NCBI RefSeq assembly: GCF_039654945.1
Contig: NW_027361728.1
Location: forward strand, 58,652,001 to 58,716,000
Origin: Dendrobates tinctorius
Lineage: Eukaryota
Length of the DNA: 64,000 nt
Direction of reading: 5' to 3'
Positions 1 to 13,689 of the stretch are shown piece by piece; within the stretch, counting starts at the first letter, position 1, and each line of letters opens with the position of its first letter. The notes beneath the pieces were generated by a model, which had not been told where the DNA came from, ran no database searches, and worked only from the letters and a program-made list of their open reading frames with translations. Both the position numbers and the translations under genes were made by a program.

Positions 1-229
1 AACCACTCTATACCCACCAACCAGTCCGACACGTTTCATTCTTATGCAGTCTTAATCATGGCCTGACCATAAGTGGGCATACAGCGGTATGCCAGAAGAC
101 AAAATTAAAGTGAAGTTTTAAACATTCTACAATAGAGAATCCCTTTCTTTTTCAAAGTTAAAACTTCGCCTCATCGGACCATAACACATTTTCCCGCACA
201 TTCCATTAGGCCTATTGGCAGCCTCTATA

Positions 230-1030
230 CTCTATGAAGCACTATGTGGGGCCATTATACTGCATAGTGCATTGTCTGGGGCCTTTATACTGTATGGAGC
301 ACTTTTTGTGGCAATTATACTGTGTAGAACTCTTTGTGGCCATTATACTGTGTGGAGCAATATGTGGCCATTATACTGTGTGGAGCGCTTTGTGGCCATT
401 ATACTGTGTGCAGCACTATGCGGAGCCATTATACTGTGTGGAGCACTATGTGGAGCCATTATACTGTATGGAGCACTATGTAGAGCCATTATACTGTATG
501 GGGCACTATATGGGGCAATTATTCTGTATAGAACACTATCTGGGGCCTTTTTTACTGTATGGAGCACTTTTTGTGGCAATTATACTGCGTACAACACTTT
601 GTGGCCATTATACTGTGTGGAGCACTATGGGGCCATTACAGTGTATGGAGCTCTATGTGGGGCCATTATGCTGTATAGAGCACTTTGTGGGGCCATTATA
701 CTGTATTGAGCACTATCTGGGGCCATTATACTGTATGGAGCACTATCTGGGGCCTTTATACTGTATGGAACACTTTTTGTGGCAATTATACTGTATAGAA
801 CACTTTGTGGTCATTATACTGTGTGGAGCACTATGTTGGGCCTTTATATTGTATGGAACACTTTTTGTGGCAATTATACTGTATAGAATACTTTGTGGTC
901 ATTAAACTGTGTGGAGCACTATGTGGGGCCATTATACTGTATGGAAGGCCATGTTGTACTGTATGGAGGATTATTTGGGGCCCATTATACTGTATGGAGC
1001 AATTTTTGTGGCCAATATACTGTATGGAGG
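230..1030. repeat. ~30-bp minisatellite (consensus ~GAGCACTATGTGGGGCCATTATACTGTATG)
   Basis: About 26 imperfect tandem copies visible directly; they generate the repetitive ORFs at 215-1096. Confidence 0.95.
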
Positions 1031-1465
1031 GCTGAGTGGGGATTACAGTTGGAGAATAATACTGTGATGTGGTCACCATTCTTTGTGGGGGATTGAGGGG
1101 AGGGGTACAGTAGGCTCATCATACCGTGCGTGTGGAGGGTTCTGTGGAGGCATCATATTGTGTTGGGGGGCACTTTTGTTTGCGTCATTCTATATTATTC
1201 ACGTTTTTTTATCGTTTGTTTTTACATATTTAAATTGGGTCATTGGGCCATAATCTTTTTACTGCTCTTACATAACATATTATATAATTCCAATATTTTA
1301 TTCTTACATCCATTAATTAAAATGTACTTTGTTCATGGGACAACCCCATTTAAGTTTGTTTCCATAAGAAAAAGTTAATTGTTATATTTAATGATCATGA
1401 TAAACTTCCTCTGTTGTAGACATTTTTTTAATAAATATCAAGGTTGGCCCTATATGTCTCATAAC

Positions 1466-2061
1466 TGCAGTGTAGATCTTGAGAAATTCATTTATAATGT
1501 TATATGCTAATGATTTCTTCCAGGCTCCGGGGCATGCGGTGCCTGGAACAATTCACTGCCTCCCGACTTCATTATAATGGTACCACCCTCCCTTCAGCGT
1601 CATATTGAGCTGTTCGGCGCTGTAATCCCGTGCATGCGCTGTGCACGTGAACGGTTACACGAACCCAGTCCGCCCTCTTCTGCGCAGGCGCCGGTGAGTC
1701 TTTGTTACTGCGCAGTGACTCACTGTGCCTGTGCAGAATATCAATGCAGACACTGCCCATAGGAGGGTGGACAGAGATCGTGTAACCATGGGCGTGCATA
1801 GCGCATTTGCGGGATTACGACTCCGAACAGGTCATTGTGCCGCAGATGGGAGGGTGGTATCATTATTATGAAGTGAGGAGGCCGTGATTTCTTCCAAGCA
1901 CCGCACGCCCTGGAGCCTGGAAGAAATCATTAACATTAAAGATTATAAAACAATGTCTACACCGCAGCTAGGAGGCATACAGGTAAGACTGGTCTAACCA
2001 TTCTATTACCTGGATGCCCATAGTAATAGCTCAAAATCGTCCAGGGGGTCACAGGTTCCCT
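1466..2061. mobile_element. Palindromic non-autonomous DNA transposon (TTAA-target, Kolobok/T2-MITE-like); left end eroded
   Basis: Long inverted arms (ATGATTTCTTCCAGGCTCC...1510 / ...GGAGCCTGGAAGAAATCAT ~1930); right terminus ACAGGTTCCCT followed by TTAA. Confidence 0.6.
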
Positions 2062-2682
2062 TTAATTTTGGCCCTCTGTATTTGAGTTTGACATCCCTGT
2101 TAGCTGATGGCAACTAAGTACTGACTACTACTGGATTTACCATGAGTGTAAATGTGTTTGACTAATGTTGTATACAACCACATCCAAAATTATAACAGGG
2201 TGTTTACACTTATGCAACCACATTATTTTAGTTTTTTATTTTTATTTTCTGCCAAAAATTATTTCAGTATATTTCTCAATCAATCGGTTTGTATAGATTA
2301 TGGGAGACAATTAAGGTGTTTTGAAAAGATTCTTCTTGATATGATTTTTTTTTTTACATCAACTGTATTTTCATCCTGCTTGCAAGAAGACTGGCACCGA
2401 TTCATTAAAAACTGGCTTGCAGGAATAAGATGCACCAAATTCTTTAAGAGGCCCAACTGCTTGATGAATTCAGGGCATCTTATCAGTGGTGTGTGCCTTG
2501 TCACAGATGTCTCGGCACTCTGTCCCAGCCCAGCCCTTCCTCTGGCTCCTACTGATCCTTGTCCATTTTGCCATGCGTTTCACAAGCACTTTGTGATTTT
2601 CCCCAATTATGAAGATGAGACATCTCCGTTAAGGAATGTAATGAATATAATATATGAATGTTGTATCATTTTCTTGTTTTAG

Positions 2683-2761
2683 CAGCATTACACCCAGGGA
2701 AGCTTCAGAACCGAAAGTCAAGAACACGCACTAATGAGCGATAATCAAAGCAACAGTGTTG
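2683..2761 (+). CDS. Internal coding exon of an unidentified gene (QHYTQGSFRTESQEHALMSDNQSNSV)
   Basis: Polypyrimidine-AG acceptor (TTTCTTGTTTTAG) and GTAAGT donor; 79 nt open; phase 1 end matches the phase of the exon at 5289. Confidence 0.7.
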
Positions 2762-4739
2762 GTAAGTAACTACTTTTCTTTGTCCAGCTAGGAAAAAATG
2801 GGGCCATATGTAATGTTACATGTAATGAATATGTAGAGTATTCTATGTACATGGTCTGATTATGCAGGGTTACTTTTCTTACTCTTTTCCATGTGTCTCC
2901 TCTTTTATGTTCACTTTTGTTGTGTTAGTATTAATGTGTTGTTTTTCTTTTTATGTGTTATTAAAGTGATCTCTCTTTATTAGTATTTATTATTATTGTA
3001 GCTGTAGAAAAAAATGTAGTTAAAGTGAACCTGCCGCCACCAAAAATGCTATTTACCCACACATGTATTGTTAATCTGCCCGTAAATAACATTGAAACAA
3101 TGTCTGTCTGTGTTTCTAGAGCAGGAACTACATAGATACAAGGAGGTTAGATTGTCCCTGCACCGGCTCAGGGGGCCGTTACAGTCGCCACTCTTTATAC
3201 GGTGAACGTGCGGTGGTGGTGCATGCCCAGATCTGGGTGTGAAGGTAGCTCATCTCATCCAATTACTAAGACAACCCCCATCTGTTTATATTATAATGGA
3301 GGGGAGAAAAGAAGTAAAAAGTGTTGCTCACCTAGGGGCTTGCATGGTGCCCCAGTTTGGAATTCCACCTACTGCTGCCTTGTAATAGTGGTGGACTGTA
3401 CTATTGTGTTCCTACCCCTAAAGACACCAATCAGGCTGTGCTGTGGATTATAATGTGAATAGTGTCGCTCAGTTTTAGATATATTCTGTAATGTATAAAG
3501 TGAGATACTCCTCATAGGTGTGACCTGGTTAATGCACCGTGGGGAACAAGTCTTGTTAGTATAATAGGCATAGCGTGCAGTAGGAACATAGGAAGTGTAA
3601 AATATTAGATAAGTGGTATAATACATAGGTTAGGTTTTAGGACAGAAGGTAATGACCATAAGATAGGATTTGTTAAGCAGTATAAATGTAATATGTTTAA
3701 TGTATGCAAATGCAATGCATAGTGACTGTAAAAGTATAGCTGTCAGTTACAGACATAGTTAAGGTTTTGGGACTTGCCCATAGTGGAGGTGGGGGGGTAG
3801 GCCCCATGAAAAGGGAATGCTTCCTGACAGCAGATTAGATAGGAAAATACAGTAACCAAGTTCAAGTAGCAGCGGGCAAGCATCTATCGTTCGGGGCAGT
3901 GGGGAAGTCTTACTGGACATTCCTGTAACATTTGGTGCTAAAGGCTTGGTGCAGGTACTACGAAGAGTGCCTTATCCTCTGGCGTTAAGGGTATGATGGA
4001 CATGGTACTGCGTAAAGGGAAGGTAAAGAATCCCAGGTGCACTGCTGGACTGAACGGCAAATCCCTGGGGCTGACAGGAACCGTAACTATAGGGAAAGGC
4101 CAGGAGGAATGGATAGTAATGCTGAAGAAGCACTGGTTTAAGGAAACAAGCAATAACAAGTGGTATGACCATTACTGCATGTTACAGTCTGATGAACTTG
4201 AACTGTCCAGTAAAGTTTTGCTTGTTGAAATGAATTGCGTGTCCCCTGAATTACATGTGGTGGCTCCGGAAGATGGAGGCCTGAAGGAAGTAGGGTCCTG
4301 CGGCCTACAAGTGAGTGTGATACGCCCCACACCTAGTAGCACATTGGGACTGGGACATGATTGTCCCATAAAGTGTCAGGGCATCATGGTTGGGGGGCTC
4401 CCAGATAAAAAATTGTCCGAATAGAGAATAAAAGCACTTTGAAGATAGGCTGCACAGATGGAAAAGAGTTTCTTGCTGCAAGATAGTTCAATGGGGGTCC
4501 TTTTACTCAGACTACACATTTCAACACCATGCTCTAGCAGTCACAGAGAAGGAGCAGGTTTAGCTATTGAAACAGTCAGCTGGCAACTTCATATACAGCT
4601 CTGGACACGGACTAACACATCACACTGTACCAGACACAAACCCGAATAGGACCGGTAGGACCTGTAACTGAAGATCAGGCATGAAGTACTGGTATATCAG
4701 CAAGTTACATGAAGTACATGTGTTCCTTGGTCTTCATGA

Positions 4740-5127
4740 TACTCTCTGTGCTTCAAACAGAACCCTGAGGCTATCACAGAGCAGGTGCATTTATACGGAG
4801 ACTTGATTACACACAGGTGGATTATATTTATCCTCATTAGTCATTTAGGACAACATTGGATCATTCAGAGATCCACAATGAACTTCTGGAGTGCATTTGC
4901 TGCACTGAAAGTAAAGGGGCTGAATAATATTGCACGCCCCACTTTTCAGTTTTTGAATTTCCACAAAAATTTAAAATAACCAATAAATTTCGTTCAACTT
5001 CACAATTGTGTCCCACTTGTTGATTCTTCACCAAAAATTTACATTTGGTATTTTTATGTTCGAAGTATGATATGTGGGAAAAGGTTGAAAAGTTCCAGGG
5101 GGCCGAATACTTTTGCAAGGTACTGTA
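4740..5127. mobile_element. Tc1/mariner terminal fragment
   Basis: Ends GGGGCCGAATACTTTTGCAAGGTACTG followed by TA, a typical Tc1 TIR terminus. Confidence 0.75.
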
Positions 5128-5288
5128 TACTGTATATATGGACTTTGACACTGAATTTTGAGTCTATTTTGATAAAAAAAAAATCTGCACCACATGATTC
5201 ATTGTCTGGTTATAAAGCATCCCATATTATGGATATTAGTAATCAGTAACTGTATCATCTAAGCTATTCTGTAATTTCTTTCTCATAG

Positions 5289-5896
5289 TTCCTGATGAGA
5301 ATGATGACACCAATAAGTTGTATGAGCTGATCGAAGTATTACATGGAGTTCGTCCTGCAATGGATTCAGAAGGTAATTCTGCAGAACCTGTTGCTAATGA
5401 TGAAAAAAATGCTATCTTCCATTCTGCACCAGAAGATGAGAATTGGACATATCCTGAACAGAGTACCAACTATCCGAATATAAATCCTTATGAGGCGCAG
5501 TACCACATGCAGCACATGCATCTTTCCAGTGTGCTGGAAAGAGGCTTAAGCGGAATTCATTCAGAACTCTGCCAGCTCAGTAGATCAGTGCTTCAGTTAG
5601 CTTATGGCATGAAAGAATGTGCCGACACCATGGGATTCTACACGACAAGGATGCTGGCATTCCAGAAGGAAATGATTAACACCACCTCACAGGCAAACAT
5701 TTCCCTCCATGATGGAGTTCACTTGCTGAAAGAGCTGATGGCAAAACATGAACCCCGTCTTGCAGACAACTCTAACAACCGGGATGGCAAATCAGACCGG
5801 TCTGATGAAAGCAATTCCAAGAGACGTTACAGGGATATCCAGCCAAGATCCCCTGATACTAATGGTTCACGTTATTCTAAAAGACACCTAAAGTAA
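5289..5896 (+). CDS. Terminal coding exon of an unidentified gene (acidic region then helical/coiled-coil-like region; resembles C-termini of Myb/SANT-like transposon-derived proteins, unconfirmed)
   Basis: Acceptor TTTCTTTCTCATAG at 5288; uninterrupted ~202-codon non-repetitive ORF ending at TAA 5896; splices in frame with 2683-2761. Confidence 0.7.
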
Positions 5897-6867
5897 ATAT
5901 CTAATATTTAATGATTATTAAAAGTCTTTCCATCCTTATGTGATTTTTTTTTTAGATAGATGATTATAAGTGGGGGGGGGGGTGGTCACGCAGATCCTCA
6001 CTGCTGACACCAATTGTGAAAGATCGCAGCCAGGGGGTCGTAACTGAACCACCCACACTGTTATTTTTGTCACAAATAGCCCTCTGCTGCACCCTACCAT
6101 CTGGATGATTATGCAATTGACCGACGATTGACAGGGAGGAGGCTGTGACTGTTTCCATTAAGGCCGGTTATCGGGAAACTAACAGTGAGCGTATGGTATA
6201 TACACCTCCGATTCCCACGCACTGGATATGTGTATATACCCCCGGTGTGGTCACAGCTAGCTCCACGATAACCCCAGAACTACTTGCTGTCATTACAGGT
6301 CATTTTTTATATACAGGCCAACTGGATTAATAGTTTATCGAACAGAACTATTAAATTTTACATGATAGGCAGTGTTTATAAAAAATATACAAAATATGTT
6401 TTCAAAGAGGACAAAAAAATACAGCATATACTGTTGCATAAAATAAAAATGGATTCACAGAGAAATTACTAAGCTGGACACTGAGATGGCTCAGCTAGCG
6501 GACGGAAGCAATCTGATTGAAAACAACTGGTTAATGGGATCAAGCCCACCCTGATATGTATTTTCCTCAGCAATGAACACATCATATTCACCTTTTACCA
6601 GCATGTAAGTTACACCTCACCCCCTGCCCCTGTGATGACCTCATGTTGGACGGGTTGCAGAATGTTCTCAGCCCTTCAGGATTTTATAAAATTCGCAACA
6701 TTTACAATATCTTCACTCCTGACTATGCAGAAGTTAGAGATCTCCTCCATAATTTTTATTGGGATTTTAACCTGTCGTCGTCACATAATGTGGGACGTTC
6801 AGAGACGTTGTGCCTTTTCCAAATTAAATTGTAAATTTCAAACATGTACACAGAAGAGCCACTCTAA

Positions 6868-9020
6868 AGCTGCTTTCACATATCAGTTTTTTGCCATCAG
6901 GCGCAATCTGTCAAATTTTGAAAAAACGGATCCGGCGACTGATGCCGCCGGATCTGTTTTTTTCTCATAGACTTGTATTAGAGACGAATTCCAACTGATG
7001 GCCGCACGTTTCATCCGTCGTTCACCAAATCCGTCAGAAATTCTATGTCCGTCGGTTGGAGACAATGGACATAGGAACGTTTTTTTGTCTCTGTCGAAAA
7101 GTCGGACAGCGACAGATCCGGCGCCGTCCGTCATTTGCTAGAATGGAAGCCAGTGCTATCTGACAAATGACGGAATCCGTCGCTGGATTCTGTTTGTTTA
7201 ACTGCGCATGCGCCAACACTGTATGGTGTGTGCGGGCTATGGGGCTGTGCGGGGCTGTGCGCGGGGGTATGCGGGTCTGTGCGGAGGTCTGTGCGGGGGG
7301 CTGCGCAGGGGTATGCGGGGCTGTGTGGAGGTCTATGCGGGGGCCTGTGTGTGTGTGCGTAAGCATCGTCCGATGGGACTACAAGTGACAGTGATTGACA
7401 CATTAGCCAATGATGGGACAGTAGTAGTCCCATCATCCGGCTAATGTGTTGAATGTCAAAAAACAAAAACATACACACATATATAGTTCATACACACCAT
7501 CTACACCTAATCCCTGAAGCCATCAATCACCTGTAAAATATTAAAATAATAAACCAACAATATACTCCCTGTGCCCGATGTAATCCAATTAATACAATTA
7601 TCCCACGACGATCCCCCGTGGAGAGTTGTCACATCAGCTGATGCGACCACTCTCCAGGGGCTCCGGTGATACAATGACAGAGATAATCCTCCGCATTGTA
7701 TCACTTGGCCGCCGACAAGTCACCTGAGTTCACCTGTCACTTTGCGGCACTACTGTCATGATCCATACTGGATCAGGACAGATATAGTGCACTAGTAACC
7801 TTTTTTTTCTCAAGCTGTGCTTGGAGATATTTTTGCCCCCGGTGGCCATTTGGATTATTGCACGGTGGGGTTGTTTGTTCTAAGTTTGCCCCATGGTGGT
7901 GGTGAGTGTCATTGCACTCTGCTTCTTTAGTTAAGTGCTCATGTTTATAATACAGGTCTGATTGCTGGCTCTGCTATAAAAGAGTCACAAGTGTTGCAAT
8001 CAGCGTTGGTGATAGTACTCATTTCAACCATCCTTGGTGGAGGAAGGAGCTGGAGAGCGTTCCTTGCAGCACTGTCTTAGCCCTGGTGTGGAAGGAGTCA
8101 TAGGGGATTTCCTTGTAGCTCTGACAGAGCTTGGTGGCAGCGTTTCAGGAGGAGAGCTGCATGCTGGTGGTGGACTCTGTTGCCAGGAGCAAGTGCACAG
8201 AGTAAAGCTAAGTGGTGTTCCCCTGTTTGTGTTTTCCCTTTGTGTGTATTAGTACAGCGGTGGGGCCAGTGCCTGCGCCACCCAGCTCCCTAGTAAGGGA
8301 TAGGTGTAGGGTGTGCTAGGGCGAAAGGTATCCTGAGCGGCGTCCAGTGCGGAACCGGCATAAGGAACGTTAGGAGCATTAGGGACACTGACTCAGGGGA
8401 GTGCAGGAGGTCTCCACGTCCCCTTTCCCTATCGCAGGGCCCTCCGTTGTAACTGTGTTCCCTCCCCCTTGTCTTGTTGTTTACAGTTACCGGCCTGCGG
8501 GCAGTGTCACACAGGACAGTATCACATGCCGCGTCTTGTTGTCTCAGTTACCGGCCTGCTGGTCGCGTCACACAGAACGGGTCCACGTGACAACTACAGC
8601 ATGAGAATTTTCTCATGCTGTAGTGTTGTAAAGTGAGAGGCTTATCTCCGAAGACACATTGATGGAAGGTTATCTCCGGTCAGTGTGTCATCTGAGGCCT
8701 ATAGAGAGGTCATATCTGCTGATATCTCTATGGATATCTATGGATATATCTATAGATATATCTATGTATTCTATCTATCCCATATCTATCTATAGATCTG
8801 TCTGTCTGTGGGCGTTTTTAAAAACGGATCTGTCAAAAAGCGGAAGAAACATAAAAAAACAGATGCGACGGATCAATTTTTTTTTACGGATCCGGCTAGC
8901 GGATCCGTAGAAAAAAACGGATCCATCCCATCAGTTTTTCACAATCTGTGATGGATCCATCGATCCATTGAGCCAACGGATTGTGACTGATGGCAAAAAA
9001 CTTGATATGTCAAAGCAGCC
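6868..9020. mobile_element. Non-autonomous PIF/Harbinger-type element hosting a solo LTR
   Basis: TIRs AGCTGCTTTCACATATCAGTTTTTTGCCATCAG / CTGATGGCAAAAAACTTGATATGTCAAAGCAGCC; TAA target duplication on both sides. Confidence 0.8.
7754..8592. mobile_element. Solo LTR (~839 bp)
   Basis: TGTCA...TGACA termini, flanked by 5-bp TSD ACTAC (7749-7753, 8593-8597). Confidence 0.85.
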
Positions 9021-9268
9021 TAATACATTAAGAATCAAAGCAGATCTTTCCTTTATTAACTCATAACATCATATTATATAGGTTATTAGTATTCATGCAT
9101 TGTAGCAATATAATTGGCTCATCTTATATCTAACTATGTGCTGTCATTAGGATACATACTTCTAATTTTCTAATTGGCTAAGTTAACACTGTTAACACCC
9201 AGCCTGTGGTCTAGGTGTCCTCTAAGCCTCTAAGTTTTGTTTCTCTCACTTTCCTATGTTTTTTCTGA

Positions 9269-9655
9269 GGGTATGTTCACAAAGGGCATTTTTGCTGCGT
9301 TTTATGCTAATTTTCAGCTGGTTTTTACATTACCAGGCAAAGACTAAGAGATTTCAGAAATCTCATGCACACACATTGTTTTTTTTGTGTCATCAGGATT
9401 TTTTGCTTTCCTGCTTTTTTCGGACATATAGCATGTCACTTTTTTCAGCTTTTTTTGCAGCGTTTTTCACCCATTGGCTTGAATGGATCTTGAAACAACG
9501 CAGCAAAAACACAGCAAAAACGCACCAAAAAAGGCACCAAATCTGACCCAAAAAGCGCACCTAAACCTGCGTTTTTGCCGCAGCTTCTTTCCTGCCAAGA
9601 AATCAGGTTTTGCTGCAGAAAGAAAGCAGCAAAAACGCCCAGTGTGAACTTACCC
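9269..9655. mobile_element. Harbinger-type MITE
   Basis: TIRs GGGTATGTTCAC / GTGAACTTACCC; 3-bp TNA flanks (TGA/TTA). Confidence 0.75.
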
Positions 9656-9760
9656 TTAGTCCGCTACACAAAGACATTCCTTAGCCCCCTTATCTGATCA
9701 TGGACTCCATCTTGGAAAGAAAGAAATACATTTAGAAAGAAACTAAAATTAAGTCAGGAT

Positions 9761-10071
9761 TAGTGATGAGCGAGCATACTCATTGCTCGGGTTTTCCCGC
9801 GTATGCTCGGGTGTCCTCCTTGTATTTTGGCGTGCTCGGAGATTTAGTTTTCGTCATCTCAGCTGCATGATTTGCGGCTGCTGGACAGGCTGAATACATG
9901 TGAGGAATGCCTGTTTGTTAGGGAATCTCCACATGTATTCAGCCTGTCCAGCAGCCGCAAATCATGCAGCTGAGATGACGAAAACTAAATCTCCCAGCAC
10001 GCCAAAATACTCGGAGGACACCCGAGCATGCTTGGGAAAACCCGAGCAACGAGTATACTCGCTCATCACTA
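9761..10071. mobile_element. hAT MITE, near-perfect palindrome
   Basis: TIR TAGTGATGAGCGAG; perfect 8-bp TSD GTCAGGAT; TIR resembles that of the large hAT at 28948 (TAGAGTTGAGCGA). Confidence 0.9.
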
Positions 10072-11049
10072 GTCAGGATAGCTAAAATATAAATCCTGCT
10101 CTCACAAACCTTTCCATAAATATTAAACATAACATGGCTGGTGTCAGTTATCTGGCCACTATTGATTTGAGGCTTATAGGCAGGTGACAGTTATGAGAAA
10201 ATATGCATATTCTTACCCGATTAGTCCTGAAGTTGAAAATGTATGTCCCATCACTATCGGATCTATATACACCCCAATATTCATAACTTTTCACTGGTGC
10301 CCCTGTGTCTGGTGTAAATGTATAACTTTTCTCTTGGAGGGAACAAAAGTTTAATTTCAACACAGGATTATAAGCCAGGGCATAAAAGCAGACATCTTCA
10401 CTCCTCTATGTGTAACAAATGTCTCCTTTGTTATGCGACCCTCTGAAAAAGACCTTGCCTGTCAACTTACCTGTCCTCTGTAGGGAGTCTTGGCTTCAAA
10501 TAGAATTTTAGATTTGTCACTTCCCAACTATACGTAATTTCTTCCTTGTCAACTTGGCAATTTTATTTCAAGGCAACTTAGATTGCAAGCTCTTGTCCTA
10601 CTGGAAATCTGTGTAAGAGAAGAGGGAGGGTGGTGAATGCCCCATCTCTAGTGGCTTTAGGTCTTAATACTTTCTATGGCAGTCTTCATGTACCTTTAAA
10701 AGGAATCTGTCACTGGAAATTTGCGGGCTATGTAAATGCCCTGTGTCCGGTCCGATGAGCGGTGTTTCTTCTTCCTTTCTCCACCCCATCCGTGGCCGAC
10801 ATCCGTGATATTTTCAGGAATTAGAGTAGTTCTCCATATTTCGCGAGTGCGCAAAGCAATCTTGCCTCGTGCATGCGCAGTATGCTATGCCCGTAGTTGC
10901 CCTGTACAAGTGACCATATTGGGCAGGTTGGTTATAGGCTGCAATTTGGGCCTGTTGTGGCCAAGGTTGGTTTTGGGGGGTATGTTTTGAGGTGTAGGCG
11001 CACGTGCAGGAGGAACTTCAGATCCTAATTGAGCAGGCACATCTGGGTG

Positions 11050-12229
11050 TGGGGTAAGGCGGAGACCTCTCAAGAAACTCAAACACCTCATATGGGGTAT
11101 TGGGGTGTGTGCATGCTCCAAATAGAATCTGAATGGATCCTCACACACATAGCCTCACCTCACGGGGTACCGGGCCAGGCTTCAGGAATAAGCCTCTTCA
11201 CCGTCATCCAGGGCCGCCTTGGACAGGTAATTGAGGACACCTGTGTCTACATGCCTCCGGGTATCAGAGGCAGTGTTGTCTCTTCTACGTCTCCCACGCC
11301 GGGATATGGCAGCAGGCTGGGGGGAGCCCTCCAGAGGTACAGTAGGGCTGCTGCTGTTGCCTAGTTCCTCAAGGCTGCCGGATGCTGGTGCAGCTGCTGG
11401 GTCAGGTCCTGGTAAAGGAACTGATGCAGGTGCTGGTGCAGGTGGAGCTTCGGGGTTGCAGCTGGAAGGCTCAGAAGATGGGCCAGCCACCTCTTCACCA
11501 CTCCTGACCGGATCTATAATGGCCTCAGAATCCAACCCTGTCTCCCTCTCTGTGAGGTTGGACTGAGTTCTGTTAGGAAATGTAATTAAAAAAAAAAATT
11601 GGAGCTCTGACCCTAAACAGCATATGTGTTTTATGGTGTGTTGTCTGCACTTATGGTCTGAGATCCATAATTGGTGCCAAAAAAGCCAGGCGATCAAAAT
11701 AAATATATTTTCGCTTGGTCGGTGCTGCTGCCCCACTCCTGGCCCTCTGCTGCCTTTCCCGCCGGTAGTGGCTGCAGATGCTGCACCAGCGTCTCATCAC
11801 ATCCTCAACTCCAATGTGAACGAAATATGTAAATTTACCTTTGGGAAATGTGACAAGCAACTTACAAAACATTTCACATAGTCATGTGGCCTAGTAGGAT
11901 GTGCTTTATTTCCAAAATTTACAATTACAAACAATGGTAACTACATACATAGTATAGGATTTTAGGAGCTACTTTGAAAAATGCCTAGTTATGGCCTTTA
12001 TGATGATTGGTTAAAAAGGCGCTAACTTACTCATTTGTTGCTGCTCATCACGTGGCCGTTCACCAAAATCTGTAAACATCTGCTCACAGATGCGCCTCCA
12101 TGCCGCCTCTTTTCTGGCCCGGTGTGAATAATGGGCATCCCGTTGGTCCCAAATTTCTGGCCTTTCCTGGACCAACACAATTAACATCTCCACATTGATG
12201 TGCGGTGGAGACATACTGCTGGACTTCAT
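11050..12229 (-). pseudogene. Spliced MADF (Myb/SANT-like)-BESS gene of a Harbinger transposon, inactivated
   Basis: Exon 1 12229-12031 (LIVLVQERPEIWDQRD...KEAAW), exon 2 11808-11655 (RRW...YIYFDRLAFL), exon 3 from 11569; exon-2 donor reads AT instead of GT; premature TGA at 11182; Harbinger-like TIR end GTGTGATGCCAACC followed by TAA at ~12579. Confidence 0.8.
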
Positions 12230-13689
12230 GGAGGCGTTCTTCCCGGATGTCTGGAGCGCTTTTTGAGCTAATTATAAGCTTCCTGATAATGGATTGGCCC
12301 ATTTCCTGCCACCTGGAGAAGTCTTGCGTATTTCTCGCAAGTCACATGTCTGGTCCGTGTGTAATCCGTATTTTTTGTGCACCCATAGACCTGCATTGGC
12401 GTATTGCGGCCTTAGTACGCTGACAATTGCAGCATGCTGCGATTGGCACGGAGCGTATAATACGGCCGAGAAATATACGGCTGATGGGAGCTGACCCATA
12501 GAGAATCATTGGTCCGTGTGCAATGCATGGTTTTTACTCCTCTCACTTGTCCGTATTTCTCTCTAGTGTGATGCCAACCTAAGGAGACTAATAAATACAG
12601 TTAAAAGCAAAAATAAAAGTTTTTAAAAATATAAAACACAAAATCACCCTCCTTTTAGACCCATAAAAAATAAAAAAATACACATATTTCATATCGCTGC
12701 ATTTGTAAAAGTCTGATCTATCAAGATATAAAATAAATTAATCCGATCAGTAATGAGAAAAAAAAAATTGAAACGCCAGAATGTTTTGGTTCTTTTTTAT
12801 CACGGCAACATTGCAATAAAATCCAATAAGAGGCAATCAAAACATTGTATCTACCCCAAAATGGTATCAGTAACAACGTCAGCTAAGGTGCAAAAAATAA
12901 GCCCTCACCCAGCCTCATATGTCTAAAAATAGAAATATTACGGGTCGTGGAAAATGGCAACACAAGCAAATTATTTTTTTTTTTACAAATTTCCAATTTT
13001 TTTTCACCACTTAAATTAAAAAAAACTATACATGTTTGGTATCTGCGTAATTATACTGACCTGTAGAATCAGATTTACTGCATAGTGAACATGGTAAATA
13101 AAACAAATAAAAAACAATTGTGGATTTGCACTTTTTTTTTGCAATTTCAATGCACTTGGATTTTATTCCCACTTTCCAGGAAAGTACATCACATGATAAA
13201 ATGAATGGCGTAATTCAAAAGTTCAGCTCATCCTGCAAAAAAAAAAAGGATTAATTACCGGTAATGCTCTTTTATAGAGTCCTCGACAGCACCCACTGAG
13301 AGAGGGAATCCGCCCCTAGGAACAGGAAACCTACGGAGAGATAAAAGGGGTGGTCGCCTTCGCTCCCGCAGTTGGGTTACAGAGAATGAGAGGAACCGCC
13401 CACCACAGTTTTAGTAGGCTATCCAAAATATTTCTATCTGTATTTAGTCAAATTAATACAACTTAAGTATATGAACCATTCACCACTACAAGTGAATTAT
13501 GTGTAACCACCATTAGGGAGGGAAGTGACTGGGTGCTGTCATGGACTCTGTAAAAGAGCATTACCGGTAAGTAATCCGTTTTTTTCTCTTCTCCACAACA
13601 GCATCCACTGAGAGATTTTCAGAGACAATCACCTGGGGGGACCACCGTGTCAAGAATTGATCTACCAAAAACTAAGTCGGTAGAGGAAG

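Noticed and set aside
215-1096. ORFs of 164-223 aa
   Set aside because: Translations of a 30-bp minisatellite.
3290-4430. 143-aa ORF or decayed LINE fragment
   Set aside because: No convincing motif; lies in the intron of the plus-strand gene.
6632-6970. Short ORFs resembling a transposase C-terminus
   Set aside because: No catalytic motif recognisable.
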